A stretch of 33,969 nt of DNA, taken from NCBI GenBank assembly GCA_043754535.1, contig JAYUUN010000078.1, positions 1-33,969 on the forward strand, read 5' to 3'. The notes below the pieces were generated by a model. The model worked only from the letters and a program-made list of their open reading frames with translations. It was not told the DNA's origin and did no database searches. Made by a program: the position numbers and the translations under genes. Numbering within the stretch: the first letter of the stretch is position 1; each line of letters starts with the position of its first letter. Positions 18,403-28,000 of the stretch are shown here, piece by piece. Source of the DNA: Chloroflexota bacterium (GTDB lineage: Bacteria; Chloroflexota; Chloroflexia; QHBQ01).

Positions 18403-18995
18403 CTTTGCCTCCCCTCACCTCTAGCGTTGTCCAATATGATCTGCCGCACCCGCTCGACCGCCCTCAGGTGCAGCATCCTGACCGCGCCCGCGCTACGGCC
18501 TAGCACCGCCGCTATCTGTTCGCCCGTCCAGCCGCTAAAGTACAGTTCCAGCACAGTGCGCTGCTCCTCCTTCAGCATCCCTATGGCCGCCTGCACTTCT
18601 GCCCGCTCTACCTTTGCCATCATGCGCTCCTCTGGCGTGGGGGTGGGATCAGATAGGGCGGCGGCTTCGGTCAGCGAACCTTGCGGCCTGCGCTTGCGGT
18701 AGCTGTCCACTACGATGTTATGGGCAATGCGGAACAGCCAGGCTGCTACCTTGCCGCCCTGGTAGCTGTCCAGCCCCGCCAATGCCTTGAGGAAGGTCTC
18801 GCTGGTCGCATCCTCTGCTGCCTCCTTGCTGCCGAGGCGCACGTAACAATAACCGTAGATCGGTGTGAGGTAGCGTTGATAGAGCAGATTGAAGCTGTGG
18901 TGGTCGTGGCGGGCCGCTTGCAGCAAGGCTCCATCCGCCACCTCAACTTCCTCCACCTGCTGATCGTCAGGCTTTGGCCTCAACCAGGCTGGCAC
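18399..18995 (-). CDS. ECF sigma-70 family sigma factor
   Basis: Region 2 FNLLYQRY...AEDATSETFLKA...AWLFRIAHNIVVDSYRK; region 4 EQRTVLEL..GWTGEQIAAVLGRSAGAVRMLHLRA. GTG 18995 follows AGGAG. Confidence 0.93.
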   Translation of the reverse strand: MPAWLRPKPDDQQVEEVEVADGALLQAARHDHHSFNLLYQRYLTPIYGYCYVRLGSKEAAEDATSETFLKALAGLDSYQGGKVAAWLFRIAHNIVVDSYRKRRPQGSLTEAAALSDPTPTPEERMMAKVERAEVQAAIGMLKEEQRTVLELYFSGWTGEQIAAVLGRSAGAVRMLHLRAVERVRQIILDNARGEGRQR

Positions 18996-19031
18996 ATCGC
19001 TGCTCCTACGCTGCCTATGTAGACGCAAAAG

Positions 19032-19074
19032 CTACGTCTCATTAGTAAGACGTAGTTGTAGCGGTAATGTCATG
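19032..19074 (-). promoter_or_regulatory. Candidate ECF autoregulatory promoter (CATGAC-N16-CGTC) overlapping an 8-bp inverted repeat
   Basis: Minus-strand CATGAC 19074-19069, 16-nt spacer, CGTC 19052-19049; CTACGTCT/AGACGTAG dyad at 19032-19055. Confidence 0.45.
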
Positions 19075-19192
19075 ATTGGCGAAGCCTGCAAAATGTTGTA
19101 TGATAGAAGCGATCTGCTGATCTGATGCGGGTCGGACGAACGCGCTTTGTACGACAAGATAGCCGAGGCAGCCAACGGAAGGAGCGAAGCAG

Positions 19193-20152
19193 GTGAGTAC
19201 CCCTCTAGCAAGTGTGGAGTCGGAGCAGGATGTTGGCCTACAAGAAAGCAGCGGCGCAGGTATTTGGCCGAGTCTGGATTATGAGCGGTGGAAGGACACC
19301 TACGCAACCCTGCATATGTGGATGCAGATTGTTGGTAAGACGCGGCTCGCCCTCAGCCCCATGCTCAACCATTGGTGGCAGACTGCCCTCTATGTTGCAC
19401 CGCGTGGCCTGACTACCTCGGCGATAGCCTACGAGAACCGCACCTTTGAGATAAACTTCGACTTTATAGATCACCATCTGAACATCCAAACCAGTGCTGG
19501 ACAGAGCCGCTACATGGGCCTGTACCCACGCACTGTAGCCGACTTCTACGGAGAATTGCTGGCTCTATTGCGCTCGCTTGGCATCAACGTAAACATCACG
19601 CCGATCCCCCAAGAAGTAGCTGAGCCGATCAACTACGACCTTGACACCACGCACAAGTCTTACGACCAGGATTACGCCAACCGCTTCTGGCGCATCCTGG
19701 TGCAGACGGATACGGTGTTCAAGCAGTTTCGTGGTCGCTTCGTCGGCAAGAGCAGCCCGGTGCATCTCTGGTGGGGAGCTTTGGATCTGGCAGTGACCCG
19801 CTTCTCTGGGCGGCGGGTAGCACCGCGGCCAGGTGCCGACCGGGTGCAGCGCGAGGCATACTCGCACGAGTGTATCAGTGCCGGTTTCTGGCCGGGCAAC
19901 AGTCAGGTTGAGCCAGTCTACTACTGCTACACCGCACCAGTGCCAGCCGGGTTGAGTGCTGCTCAGGTACGACCCAGTAGTGCGTACTACGACGACCAGC
20001 TAGGAGAGTTCCTCCTACGGTACGAGGATGTACGCAAGGCTAGCGACCCCCGCGCTATGCTACTAGAGTTCTTGCAAAGTACCTACGAGGCTGGAGCCGA
20101 GCTAGCAAACTGGGATCGTCAGGCTCTGGACTGGCAGCCAGTAGGTTCGTAG
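19193..20152 (+). CDS. DUF5996 family protein
   Basis: WPSL....WKDTYATLHMWMQIVGK.RL....NHWW, F.GKSSPVH.WWG.LDLAVTRFSGR, EAYSHE.ISAGFWPG, FLQSTYEAGA.LANWDR; AAGGAG RBS before GTG. Confidence 0.88.
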   Translation: MSTPLASVESEQDVGLQESSGAGIWPSLDYERWKDTYATLHMWMQIVGKTRLALSPMLNHWWQTALYVAPRGLTTSAIAYENRTFEINFDFIDHHLNIQTSAGQSRYMGLYPRTVADFYGELLALLRSLGINVNITPIPQEVAEPINYDLDTTHKSYDQDYANRFWRILVQTDTVFKQFRGRFVGKSSPVHLWWGALDLAVTRFSGRRVAPRPGADRVQREAYSHECISAGFWPGNSQVEPVYYCYTAPVPAGLSAAQVRPSSAYYDDQLGEFLLRYEDVRKASDPRAMLLEFLQSTYEAGAELANWDRQALDWQPVGS

Positions 20153-20179
20153 GCGGCAACGCCCACCAGCCGCCAGCCC

Positions 20180-20227
20180 AGCCAATCCAGGTCAGGGCTG
20201 GGTATGCCGCTGACCTGGTAGTTGGCT
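20180..20227. terminator. Hairpin between convergent genes
   Basis: CCAGGTCAG (20187-20195)/CTGACCTGG (20210-20218), extended by AGCCAA/TTGGCT; no clear U tract. Confidence 0.45.
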
Positions 20228-20302
20228 AGCAGAGGGCTGAGCAAGATGCTTCTTGAGTTGGAGGCCGGTACCAGAGGCGGCCACAGCCAATAGTAGTCCT
20301 GT

Positions 20303-22027
20303 TTATCGCTGCCTACCGAGGTGTTGCAGCAAGGTTGGTAGCTGGGGTTTGTCGGTGCCAGTGTTCGCCCAGGGCTGAACCGATAGTAGATAGCTGTCTT
20401 CCCACCAGCCTGCTGACCAGTAGGTGCCGCCTAGGTTGGCTGCGTCCATTGCACCGAGGAAGTTGTCTAGCACCACAAACCAGCGTGGGTCAGTGCGCGG
20501 TACGCCGTACTCGCTGACGAAGCCCTTGAAGTTGTGCAGGGTGAGCCAGGCGGTGAAGGGTTGTAGCCGATCCGCCCCCACGTTGGGATAGCCACCATTA
20601 CTCTCATAAGTGCCAAGATAGGCTCCGCTACCGTCGCTGTCAAAGTATTGGTGTGCGTCGTAGACGATGTTGTTCTGTGGGTCGCTGATGTTCAGGTTAG
20701 CGTTGCAATCCTGCCAGGTCCATGCCCCCTGCCAGCAGTCGCCAGGGATATAGATGGTGTGGGTAGTATCCACCAACCGAATAGCATCTACTGCCGCCTG
20801 CGCGCTGACCGGCCAGTGACCACCCGTGTCGTGGGGTTCATTCATCAGGTTATAGCTTACGTTTGGATAGCCTACGAAGTGCTGGGTCATGCGCCGCCAG
20901 AAATCGGCAAACGCGCTGTCAGGTACCTGCGCGCTACCAACCAGGTAATCTACGCCGCCAACCTGGTAGCGGTCGAAGTTCTGTGGCTCGAACATGACCG
21001 ACATCCCCCGTGCCTGGGCGAAACCAACCACGGCATCAAGCCGGGTAAGCTCATCAGCATTGAGGGCTGTATTCAAGCTACGCTGAACGCGCTCCCATTG
21101 CAGCGGCAAACGGATGAAGTTGAGACCCTTGCTGCTGAAGTAGGCGAAATCAGCTTCCAGCGGGTAGCGGTAATCCACTCCGTATACGCCAGGATAGTTG
21201 CCGCCAAACTCGCCGCCAGAGAGGTTTACCCCCCGATAGTAGCTGACCCCAGGCAGGGGCGTGGCAGTAGCCCCCGGCGTGGCAGTGGCTCCCGGCGTGG
21301 GGGTGCCGCTGCGATAGAGGATACCAAGATCGAGTACGCGGCTGAGTTCGTCGCGCCGAATGGGGGCGTTAGGCCGGAAGTTGCCATTCAAACCACCGAC
21401 GATGCCGAGGTTGTAGGCGGTCTCAATCTGAGCATAGGCGAAGAAGCTGGCTGGCACGTCGCTGAAGCTGGGAGTAGCGGGGGTCGTCAGGCTGTAACCA
21501 GCGGCCCGCATCATCAGCGCAACTGCCTCGGCCCGACTAATGTTGTGGTTGGGCAGGTAGCAGGGCGCGGCCACCCCCGATGGGCCGCACTGGGCGGGGG
21601 TTTGATAGCCACTGCTCACCCCAGCGTGTACCATCGTTTCGATGTAGCCGTAGGCGAAGTAGGCAGGCGGCACATCGCTGAAGCTAGGGCTAGCAGGGGT
21701 GTAGGCGGGCAGGGCAAAGCCAACCGCAACCATACGGGCGAATTGGCCGCGAGTAGCTTGTAGCGACGGCCCAAAACGACCACCGCCGATACCATTCACC
21801 ACCCCAGCACAAGCCAGGTCGTAGATGTAGGTGGCGAAGATGTTCCCGGCTGCTACATCGCTGAAAGTGATACCACAGACCTGAGGATGGAGGGCGGCAG
21901 GGTGAACCCCCAACGACCCAGTGGTGGCTTGCGGAGCGGAGGGTTGTTGTAGACTGCCTGCGCTAAAGATGAGGACGAGGATAAGAAGCGTGCCAGCAAG
22001 CACAAGATTAACGGTACGGTAAGCCAT
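20303..22027 (-). CDS. Secreted SLH-domain glycoside hydrolase family 5 (endoglucanase-like)
   Basis: Signal peptide, three SLH repeats, TPTPGATATPGATATP linker, GVNLSGGEFG, IRLPLQWERVQ, acid/base MNEPH, AHQYFDSD.SG, nucleophile GFVSEYG; AAGGAGG RBS. Confidence 0.93.
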   Translation of the reverse strand: MAYRTVNLVLAGTLLILVLIFSAGSLQQPSAPQATTGSLGVHPAALHPQVCGITFSDVAAGNIFATYIYDLACAGVVNGIGGGRFGPSLQATRGQFARMVAVGFALPAYTPASPSFSDVPPAYFAYGYIETMVHAGVSSGYQTPAQCGPSGVAAPCYLPNHNISRAEAVALMMRAAGYSLTTPATPSFSDVPASFFAYAQIETAYNLGIVGGLNGNFRPNAPIRRDELSRVLDLGILYRSGTPTPGATATPGATATPLPGVSYYRGVNLSGGEFGGNYPGVYGVDYRYPLEADFAYFSSKGLNFIRLPLQWERVQRSLNTALNADELTRLDAVVGFAQARGMSVMFEPQNFDRYQVGGVDYLVGSAQVPDSAFADFWRRMTQHFVGYPNVSYNLMNEPHDTGGHWPVSAQAAVDAIRLVDTTHTIYIPGDCWQGAWTWQDCNANLNISDPQNNIVYDAHQYFDSDGSGAYLGTYESNGGYPNVGADRLQPFTAWLTLHNFKGFVSEYGVPRTDPRWFVVLDNFLGAMDAANLGGTYWSAGWWEDSYLLSVQPWANTGTDKPQLPTLLQHLGRQR

Positions 22028-22048
22028 AATTGCTACCTCCTTCTGTAG

Positions 22049-22057
22049 ATTATAGCA
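22049..22057 (-). promoter_or_regulatory. Extended -10 (TGCTATAAT) for the GH5 gene
   Basis: TGnTATAAT immediately upstream of the RBS. Confidence 0.6.
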
Positions 22058-22226
22058 CGTTAAGCCTAAAGTTCTTCAGTGGGCTGTACGGTCAGGGTGG
22101 GTACCCGCCAAATCACGGGTGAGCAGGCCAGCAGGGGGGCGCAACCCACGCTGGTGGTTGGGAAGGTAGGTGGTGTGGGCAGCCATGATAGCCGCCTATC
22201 ATGTGCTGATCGCAGACCTGGACAGT

Positions 22227-22255
22227 TTGATCCCGCATCCCTGAGATGGTACAAT
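22227..22255 (+). promoter_or_regulatory. Sigma70-type promoter TTGATC-17-TACAAT
   Basis: Correct 17-nt spacing and TG extension, about 100 nt upstream of ATG 22359. Confidence 0.55.
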
Positions 22256-22358
22256 CAAGGGGGAGAACTGGCGGGCGGGCAAGGCCCAATACTAGGCTAC
22301 TGCAAGATCACCTGCGTAGCACAACAACAGCAAGCAATGCAAAATAGGCCACTCCCTG

Positions 22359-24935
22359 ATGCCAGACTCTATGTACAACTTGAAGACCTTTCGGGAAAAA
22401 GTAAGAGAACTCTACCGCCGTAGTCTCCCTTACGAAGGAACCAGGCGGCCTACCCAGCGCGACCTCGCTGAAGCCATCGGGCTTGACCCTACTGAGTTGA
22501 GCAACCGGCTAAATGGCACAAAGGGCGCACTGCTCACCCAGCGTGACATCCGCGCTGTTGTGCTGGCTCTGGCCGAGTGGGAGGCTATCAGCAGCCAGGC
22601 TGAGGCCAGCGAGTTGCTGGCCCTGCTCGACTGTCCCTCGTTCACCGCTGCCGAGTGGCAAGTCCCTCCGCTTAGCGACCTCGCGCCTAACAGTGCTACT
22701 GCGCTGTTGGCTCTGCCGCTGGGCCAGCCCGCCCGCAACCTGCCCACCTATACCTCCAGCTTCATCGGGCGCAAGCATGATTTGGATGCAGTAGGCCGCC
22801 TGTTGAGCGACTCGCGCCTGCTTACCCTGGTCGGTAGTGGCGGTATTGGTAAGACGCGGCTGGCCCTCGAACTGGCGCGGCAACTTAGTGGCAGGTTCGC
22901 TGCTGGGGTCTGTCTGGTAGAACTAGCTACCCTCACTGACCCTAGCCTGGTGCCGCAAGCGGTAGCGAAGGCACTTGGCCTCGGCGAACAGGCTAATCAG
23001 CCGGTGGCAGATATGCTGGTTCGTTATGTGAGCGACAAGGAACTGCTGCTGGTACTTGACAACTGTGAGCATCTGCTGGCCGCTGTGACTGACCTCAGCT
23101 ACCAACTGCTGCGGGCCTGCCCTACCCTGCGAATCCTAGCCACCAGCCGCGAGAAGCTGAACACAGAGGGGGAAGTAGTTTGGCGCGTACCTGCCCTGTC
23201 CCTGCCCAACCCACAAACCAAGGTCAATCCCCACACCCTCCCCCGCTATGAGGCTGTGCGCCTGTTTGTGGAGAGGGCTACTGCCGCCAATCCCGCCTTC
23301 CGCCTGACCTATGCCAACGCCCAGGCGGTGCGTGAAGTCTGTGAGCGGCTGGACGGCATCCCCCTGGCCCTAGAACTAGCCGCTGCCCGCGTCAGCCTAC
23401 TCACTGCCGAGCAGATTAGCACCCTCCTGCATGACCGCTTCAAGCTCCTCACCAGTGGCACCCGCACAGTCCTCCCTCGCCAGCAGACACTGGCCGCCTT
23501 GATCGCCTGGAGCTACGAACTGCTCACCCCAGCCGAGCAGCAACTTTTCGCACAGCTAGCAGTCTTTGTTGGTAGCTGCACCCTTGAGGCAGTACTGGCT
23601 GTCTGCCCCAGTGCAGAGGGGGAGTCTACGCTTGATTTGCTGGCCCGCCTGCTGGACAAGTCACTGCTGGTCAACGACCAGGCAGGCAGCGCACATTATG
23701 CTATGCTAGAGTCGATCCGCGAGTTCGCCCTGCTGCACTTGAGCGTGGCAGCGGCAGAAGAACTGCGAGATCGCCATGCCGCCTACTATCTTTCGCTGGC
23801 TGAACAGGCCGAGCAGGAGTTGCGCGGCGAACAGCAGACCCACTGGTTGATGGTGCTAGAGCAGGCGCATAGCAACCTGCGGGCTGCCCTCAATCACGCC
23901 CTTAGCCGAAAGGACGGCACACTGGCCCTACGCCTGGCAGCTCGCCTCTGGCGTTTCTGGTACGTGCGCGGCCACCTTTCTGAAGGCCGCCGCTGGCTGG
24001 AAGCTGCCCTGGCCCGCAGCGGCGAAGGGGCGAGCAGCTTGCGCGGTGATGCTCTCAATGGAGCTAGCAATCTCGCCTGGAGCCTGGGCGACTACCCGGC
24101 TGCTGCCCGCATGATCGAGGAGAGCCTGAACATCCATCGCGCCCAGGATGACCAATCGGGGGTTGCTTTCGCCCTCAACAGCTTCGGCAATGTCGCTGCC
24201 AGCCAGGGTGACTTCGCCAAAGCCTATGCCTGCTACGACGAGGGGCTACAGATCAAACGCTCGTTGGGTGATCAGCAGGGCATCGCCGCCTCACTCAACA
24301 ACCTCGGCACGGTCGCAGCCAAACTAGGCGACCCGCGCCGCGCCCAACTGCTATTTACCGAGAGCCTGGCTATCTTCCAAGAGTTGCACAACAAACGTGG
24401 CATTGCTACCTTGCTCAACAATCTTGGTGATATGATGGCTGAACTAGGCGAATACCAGACGGCTCGCCAGTTGCAGGAGCAGAGCCTTACCCTGCGGCAG
24501 GAGCTTGGCGACCGCTACGGCATCGCTGCTGTGCTACAGAGTTGTGGCACCATCGCTTTCCTGGAGCAGGATTACGCCAATGCCCGCCGCTACTTCTTGG
24601 AAAGCCTGGCGAGCAGGCAGGAATTGAGCGACCGTTACGGCCTCGTCTACCTGCTGGATAGCCTGGCGAACCTGGCCGCCGCAGTGGGGCAGAGTGAGCA
24701 GGCAGTATACCTCTTTGCGGCAGCAGAGCGGCTGCACGCTCGTCTGGGCGCGCCGCTTCCGCCTTCGGAGCAGCAGCGGCGTGACCAGATGCTGGCCCAG
24801 GCCCGCTCCAACCTGACCGTGGCGAGCTTCAACACTGCCTGGTTGAGCGGCGGCCTGTTCGACCTGGAGCAGGCGGTGCGCTACGCCCTCGACCATGTGG
24901 GCGTGTTCCCGCCACCCGCCTTTGCTGCCGCCTGA
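22359..24935 (+). CDS. XRE-type HTH + STAND (NB-ARC-like) ATPase + TPR repeat protein
   Basis: TQRDLAEAIGLDPTELSNRLNG (HTH); NLP...SFIGR, Walker A GSGGIGKT, Walker B LLVLDNCEH, LDGIPLALELAAAR; repeats such as GIAASLNNLG, GIATLLNNLG. Confidence 0.92.
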   Translation: MPDSMYNLKTFREKVRELYRRSLPYEGTRRPTQRDLAEAIGLDPTELSNRLNGTKGALLTQRDIRAVVLALAEWEAISSQAEASELLALLDCPSFTAAEWQVPPLSDLAPNSATALLALPLGQPARNLPTYTSSFIGRKHDLDAVGRLLSDSRLLTLVGSGGIGKTRLALELARQLSGRFAAGVCLVELATLTDPSLVPQAVAKALGLGEQANQPVADMLVRYVSDKELLLVLDNCEHLLAAVTDLSYQLLRACPTLRILATSREKLNTEGEVVWRVPALSLPNPQTKVNPHTLPRYEAVRLFVERATAANPAFRLTYANAQAVREVCERLDGIPLALELAAARVSLLTAEQISTLLHDRFKLLTSGTRTVLPRQQTLAALIAWSYELLTPAEQQLFAQLAVFVGSCTLEAVLAVCPSAEGESTLDLLARLLDKSLLVNDQAGSAHYAMLESIREFALLHLSVAAAEELRDRHAAYYLSLAEQAEQELRGEQQTHWLMVLEQAHSNLRAALNHALSRKDGTLALRLAARLWRFWYVRGHLSEGRRWLEAALARSGEGASSLRGDALNGASNLAWSLGDYPAAARMIEESLNIHRAQDDQSGVAFALNSFGNVAASQGDFAKAYACYDEGLQIKRSLGDQQGIAASLNNLGTVAAKLGDPRRAQLLFTESLAIFQELHNKRGIATLLNNLGDMMAELGEYQTARQLQEQSLTLRQELGDRYGIAAVLQSCGTIAFLEQDYANARRYFLESLASRQELSDRYGLVYLLDSLANLAAAVGQSEQAVYLFAAAERLHARLGAPLPPSEQQRRDQMLAQARSNLTVASFNTAWLSGGLFDLEQAVRYALDHVGVFPPPAFAAA

Positions 24936-25093
24936 GCAACCAACCCCCCCAATTGCTGGCATACTCGTCGCCCAGACCCCATCAAACCCCGCTTTTCTGC
25001 CCAGGGCTGGTAGTACAATAAGCAGGCAGCACGTGGCAGTTGTGCTGCTCGATGCCCTTGTTCTACTTGTGCTTTTTGGAGAGGAGAACTACG

Positions 25094-28000
25094 ATGAGCA
25101 AGCTGCTCAAGAGGTGGTCTGTCTACCTGGCTTTGTTGGTCACCCTAAGTCTTGGCCTGGCCCAGTTGCCAGCGGTAGCCGCTCCCGCCACTTACGGCGC
25201 GGCGGCAAGCCAGCCCGCTATCGTCCCCAACGCAATCGTCACCGCAATCAACTGCGCTAGCCCCACCCGCAGCGACGAGGCCTGCCCCACCGCACTGGCG
25301 AGTAGTACGGTCGAGCCGACCACTACGGGGGTGGTAAGTGGTACTGCCACTACCTGCGTCCCCAGTTTGCGTTCTACCCCCGCACGGGCGGTAGCTACCA
25401 GCACAGCAGTGCTGACCGCCGAGCCGTCCGTTTCGGCCATCGCCACCTGCGGCACTGGCAGCCCCAGCCCTGGCCCTTCAACTAGCGTGACTAGCCAGCC
25501 CTCGGTTAGCGTGACTAGCGAACCCTCGGTTAGCGTAACTAGCGAGCCGTCGGTTAGTGTGACTAGCGAGCCATCAGTCAGCGTGACTAGCGACCCATCA
25601 GCTAGCGTGTCGGTTAGCCCGTCTAGCACTGTCACCCCTGAGCCGTCTGCTACCTGGACGGGGGTGGCTTCAAGCACCAGCACTGGCACTGCTAGTGCTA
25701 GCCCCACCTACACCCCCACCTCTACCTACACCTCTACTTACACCGCGACCCCCACCTACACCTCTACCTATACCCCTACCCCAACCGCTACTGCCACGCC
25801 AGAAGATTGCCCCACCGCTACGCCAACCCCGGCTGCTGGCGCGCAGGAGCCGAAGACCGAGCAGGGTGACGATAGCTACCGGGTGAAGAACACAAAGACC
25901 AACGTCTGCGAGCTAACGCTGACCTTCAAGATTGGTCGCTACTATGGCCCAACCAATGCGAACGGTAAGATCAAGCCTGAACAACTGGGTATCACCATCG
26001 ACCAGACTGGCAACCTGATCATTGAGACGGCGGGGGCGCAAGGGTTGATTACTGTCACCTTCGCGGGCAAGACCTACCCTGCCGAGCAAGCGGGCAACAA
26101 CCGTACCATCCGCCTACAGGTGAACAACGACCAGGTCAAGCAACTCAATCTGCCTGCCAACAAGGGCAACGGTGGCTTCCCGCCGCTCGCCAGCAACGAC
26201 CTGGTGATTAAGCTAGAGAAGAAGGCGACCACGATCAAGTCGGCCACCTTGCTCCTCGCTGGGATGCGCCCGCTGATCACCTCGGCTGGCTTTAACCTGG
26301 CTAGAGTCCAGGACTGTGGTACCACTCAGTGCATGGAAGCAACTAGCAGTGGCTATTGGCTGTGGCGGTTCGACGAGATGCGGTTTATGGTTGAGTACCC
26401 AGCACGTAACGGCCATGCTTCCTTGCTGGGCGGTGGGAACGATCCCCTCTTTAACGGCGGCCTTAACATTCTTCAGGCGGTTGACAAGGCTCTGACCGAC
26501 TACGGCCTGCGCGACCGCAATGATGCTAACCCCAACGACAATCTGAAGAAGGCGGTCGGCAAGGTCAACATCCTCGGCCACTCGATGGGCGGGCTGTGGG
26601 GTCGCTCGGCCCTCTTCCAGATGCAGCGCGGCAAGAACACGCCAGTAGACAAGATGATGCTGCTTGGTTCACCTAATGATGGTAGTACCTGGGCTGACAT
26701 CCTTGATCAGGCTGGTCGGAGGGCTTGCGGGTTTGCCCGGCGAGAGCCATGGCCTGCCTACGTCTGGGGGGGCATATTCGTTGGCTGGGTGGAAACCCCA
26801 GCTCATATCCTGTGGCGTAATTCTGTCAGCTTCTGCCTCCATTACCACGCAGTGAAGGCTGCTCTTACCAACCTGACGACGGGCTACATGACTGTATTCA
26901 ACCGCATCTTGTTGCCGACCGAAATGCAGCTCGCCCATCGCGCCGCTGGTGATGGCAAGCCCGTGACATACATCACCCTGGCTGGCAGTGCTTTGCCTTG
27001 TGTGTGGCCCGCAAGTACCATCGGTTGCCCCAACGACCAGATTGTAACGGTGGCGAGTGCCAATGGTGGCAACATGGCAGTGCTTGCCAAGACCCTGCCA
27101 CCTATCGTGATCAACGGCTGGCCCCGCCTACCACTTGACATTGCTACCTCCCTGGTCAACTTTACGCTAGCGCAGCAGGATACGCTGCATCAGGCACTGA
27201 CGAAAGAGAACGAACCAGTAGGCGCACCAGCACGTAGCCTGCGTGACCCCGCTGACCCTAACGGGCATAGCATCTTCAGGAACACCCTGCTGCCAACCTT
27301 CTGGTATATGGCTAACAACTACGAACTCGACTCGATTCGCAATGCTGGCAATGGCGGCGGTGGCGGCGGTGGCGGCGGCGGCCTGCTGGCTGGTAGCGGC
27401 GCGGCTAAGAGCAGCCTGGCTAAGAGCAGCCTTGCGGCCACAACCAGCAACCCAGCCGACGACTACTATAGCTACCCGACGATCAATGGCTCGCTTTCGA
27501 TCAACGAGAGCTACAGCCACACGGTCAGCCTGGACGACGGCACCCAGAACGCCTTCTTCAACCTCAGCTGGATCAACGAGACGGCTACTGTCCAGTTTAC
27601 CCTACGCGACCCCGCTGGCAGGCTGGTCGGCGCAAACTACCCTGGGGCTACCTACCTGACTGGCACGACGACAGTAGGCTTTAGCATCGAAAATCCGCTG
27701 GCGGGTGACTGGCAGGTAGTCGCTACTGGGGCTGGCGGCACCTTGTACGAGCCTTACAAGGTTAGCGTTGGGCTGCTGGGTGGCCTCAGCGTCAACCCCC
27801 AGGTTAGCACCAACAGCAGTCGGCTCGGCCAGCCACTAACGATTACCACTACCCTCGGCAGCCCGATCAGCAATGCAGTGGTCACCGCCATTATCTACTA
27901 TCCGGGCGAAGATGTAGCCACCACCACCCTGCAACTTGCCCCTCTCGGTGGCGGGGTCTATCGCGGGCAGTACATCCCGATCATCGCGGGCGACTACATG

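Noticed and set aside
20648..21763. Long antisense ORFs (also 1690..2325, 7544..8212, 12239..13054, 15028..15753, 16381..17115)
   Set aside because: Shadows of well-supported genes in GC-rich DNA with no recognisable motifs.
22058..22226. Riboswitch or ncRNA in the GH5/STAND intergenic region
   Set aside because: Only short GC-rich hairpins; it lies upstream of both predicted promoters and no known motif was recognised. An Rfam scan would settle it.
22359..24935. Avs/NLR-like antiphage system
   Set aside because: The N-terminus is an HTH rather than a nuclease, TIR or protease effector, and the ATPase motifs fit regulator-type STANDs; no defence neighbours.
25475..25800. Regular repeats as a CRISPR array
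   Set aside because: Contiguous in-frame coding repeats with synonymous variation, no spacers, no cas genes.
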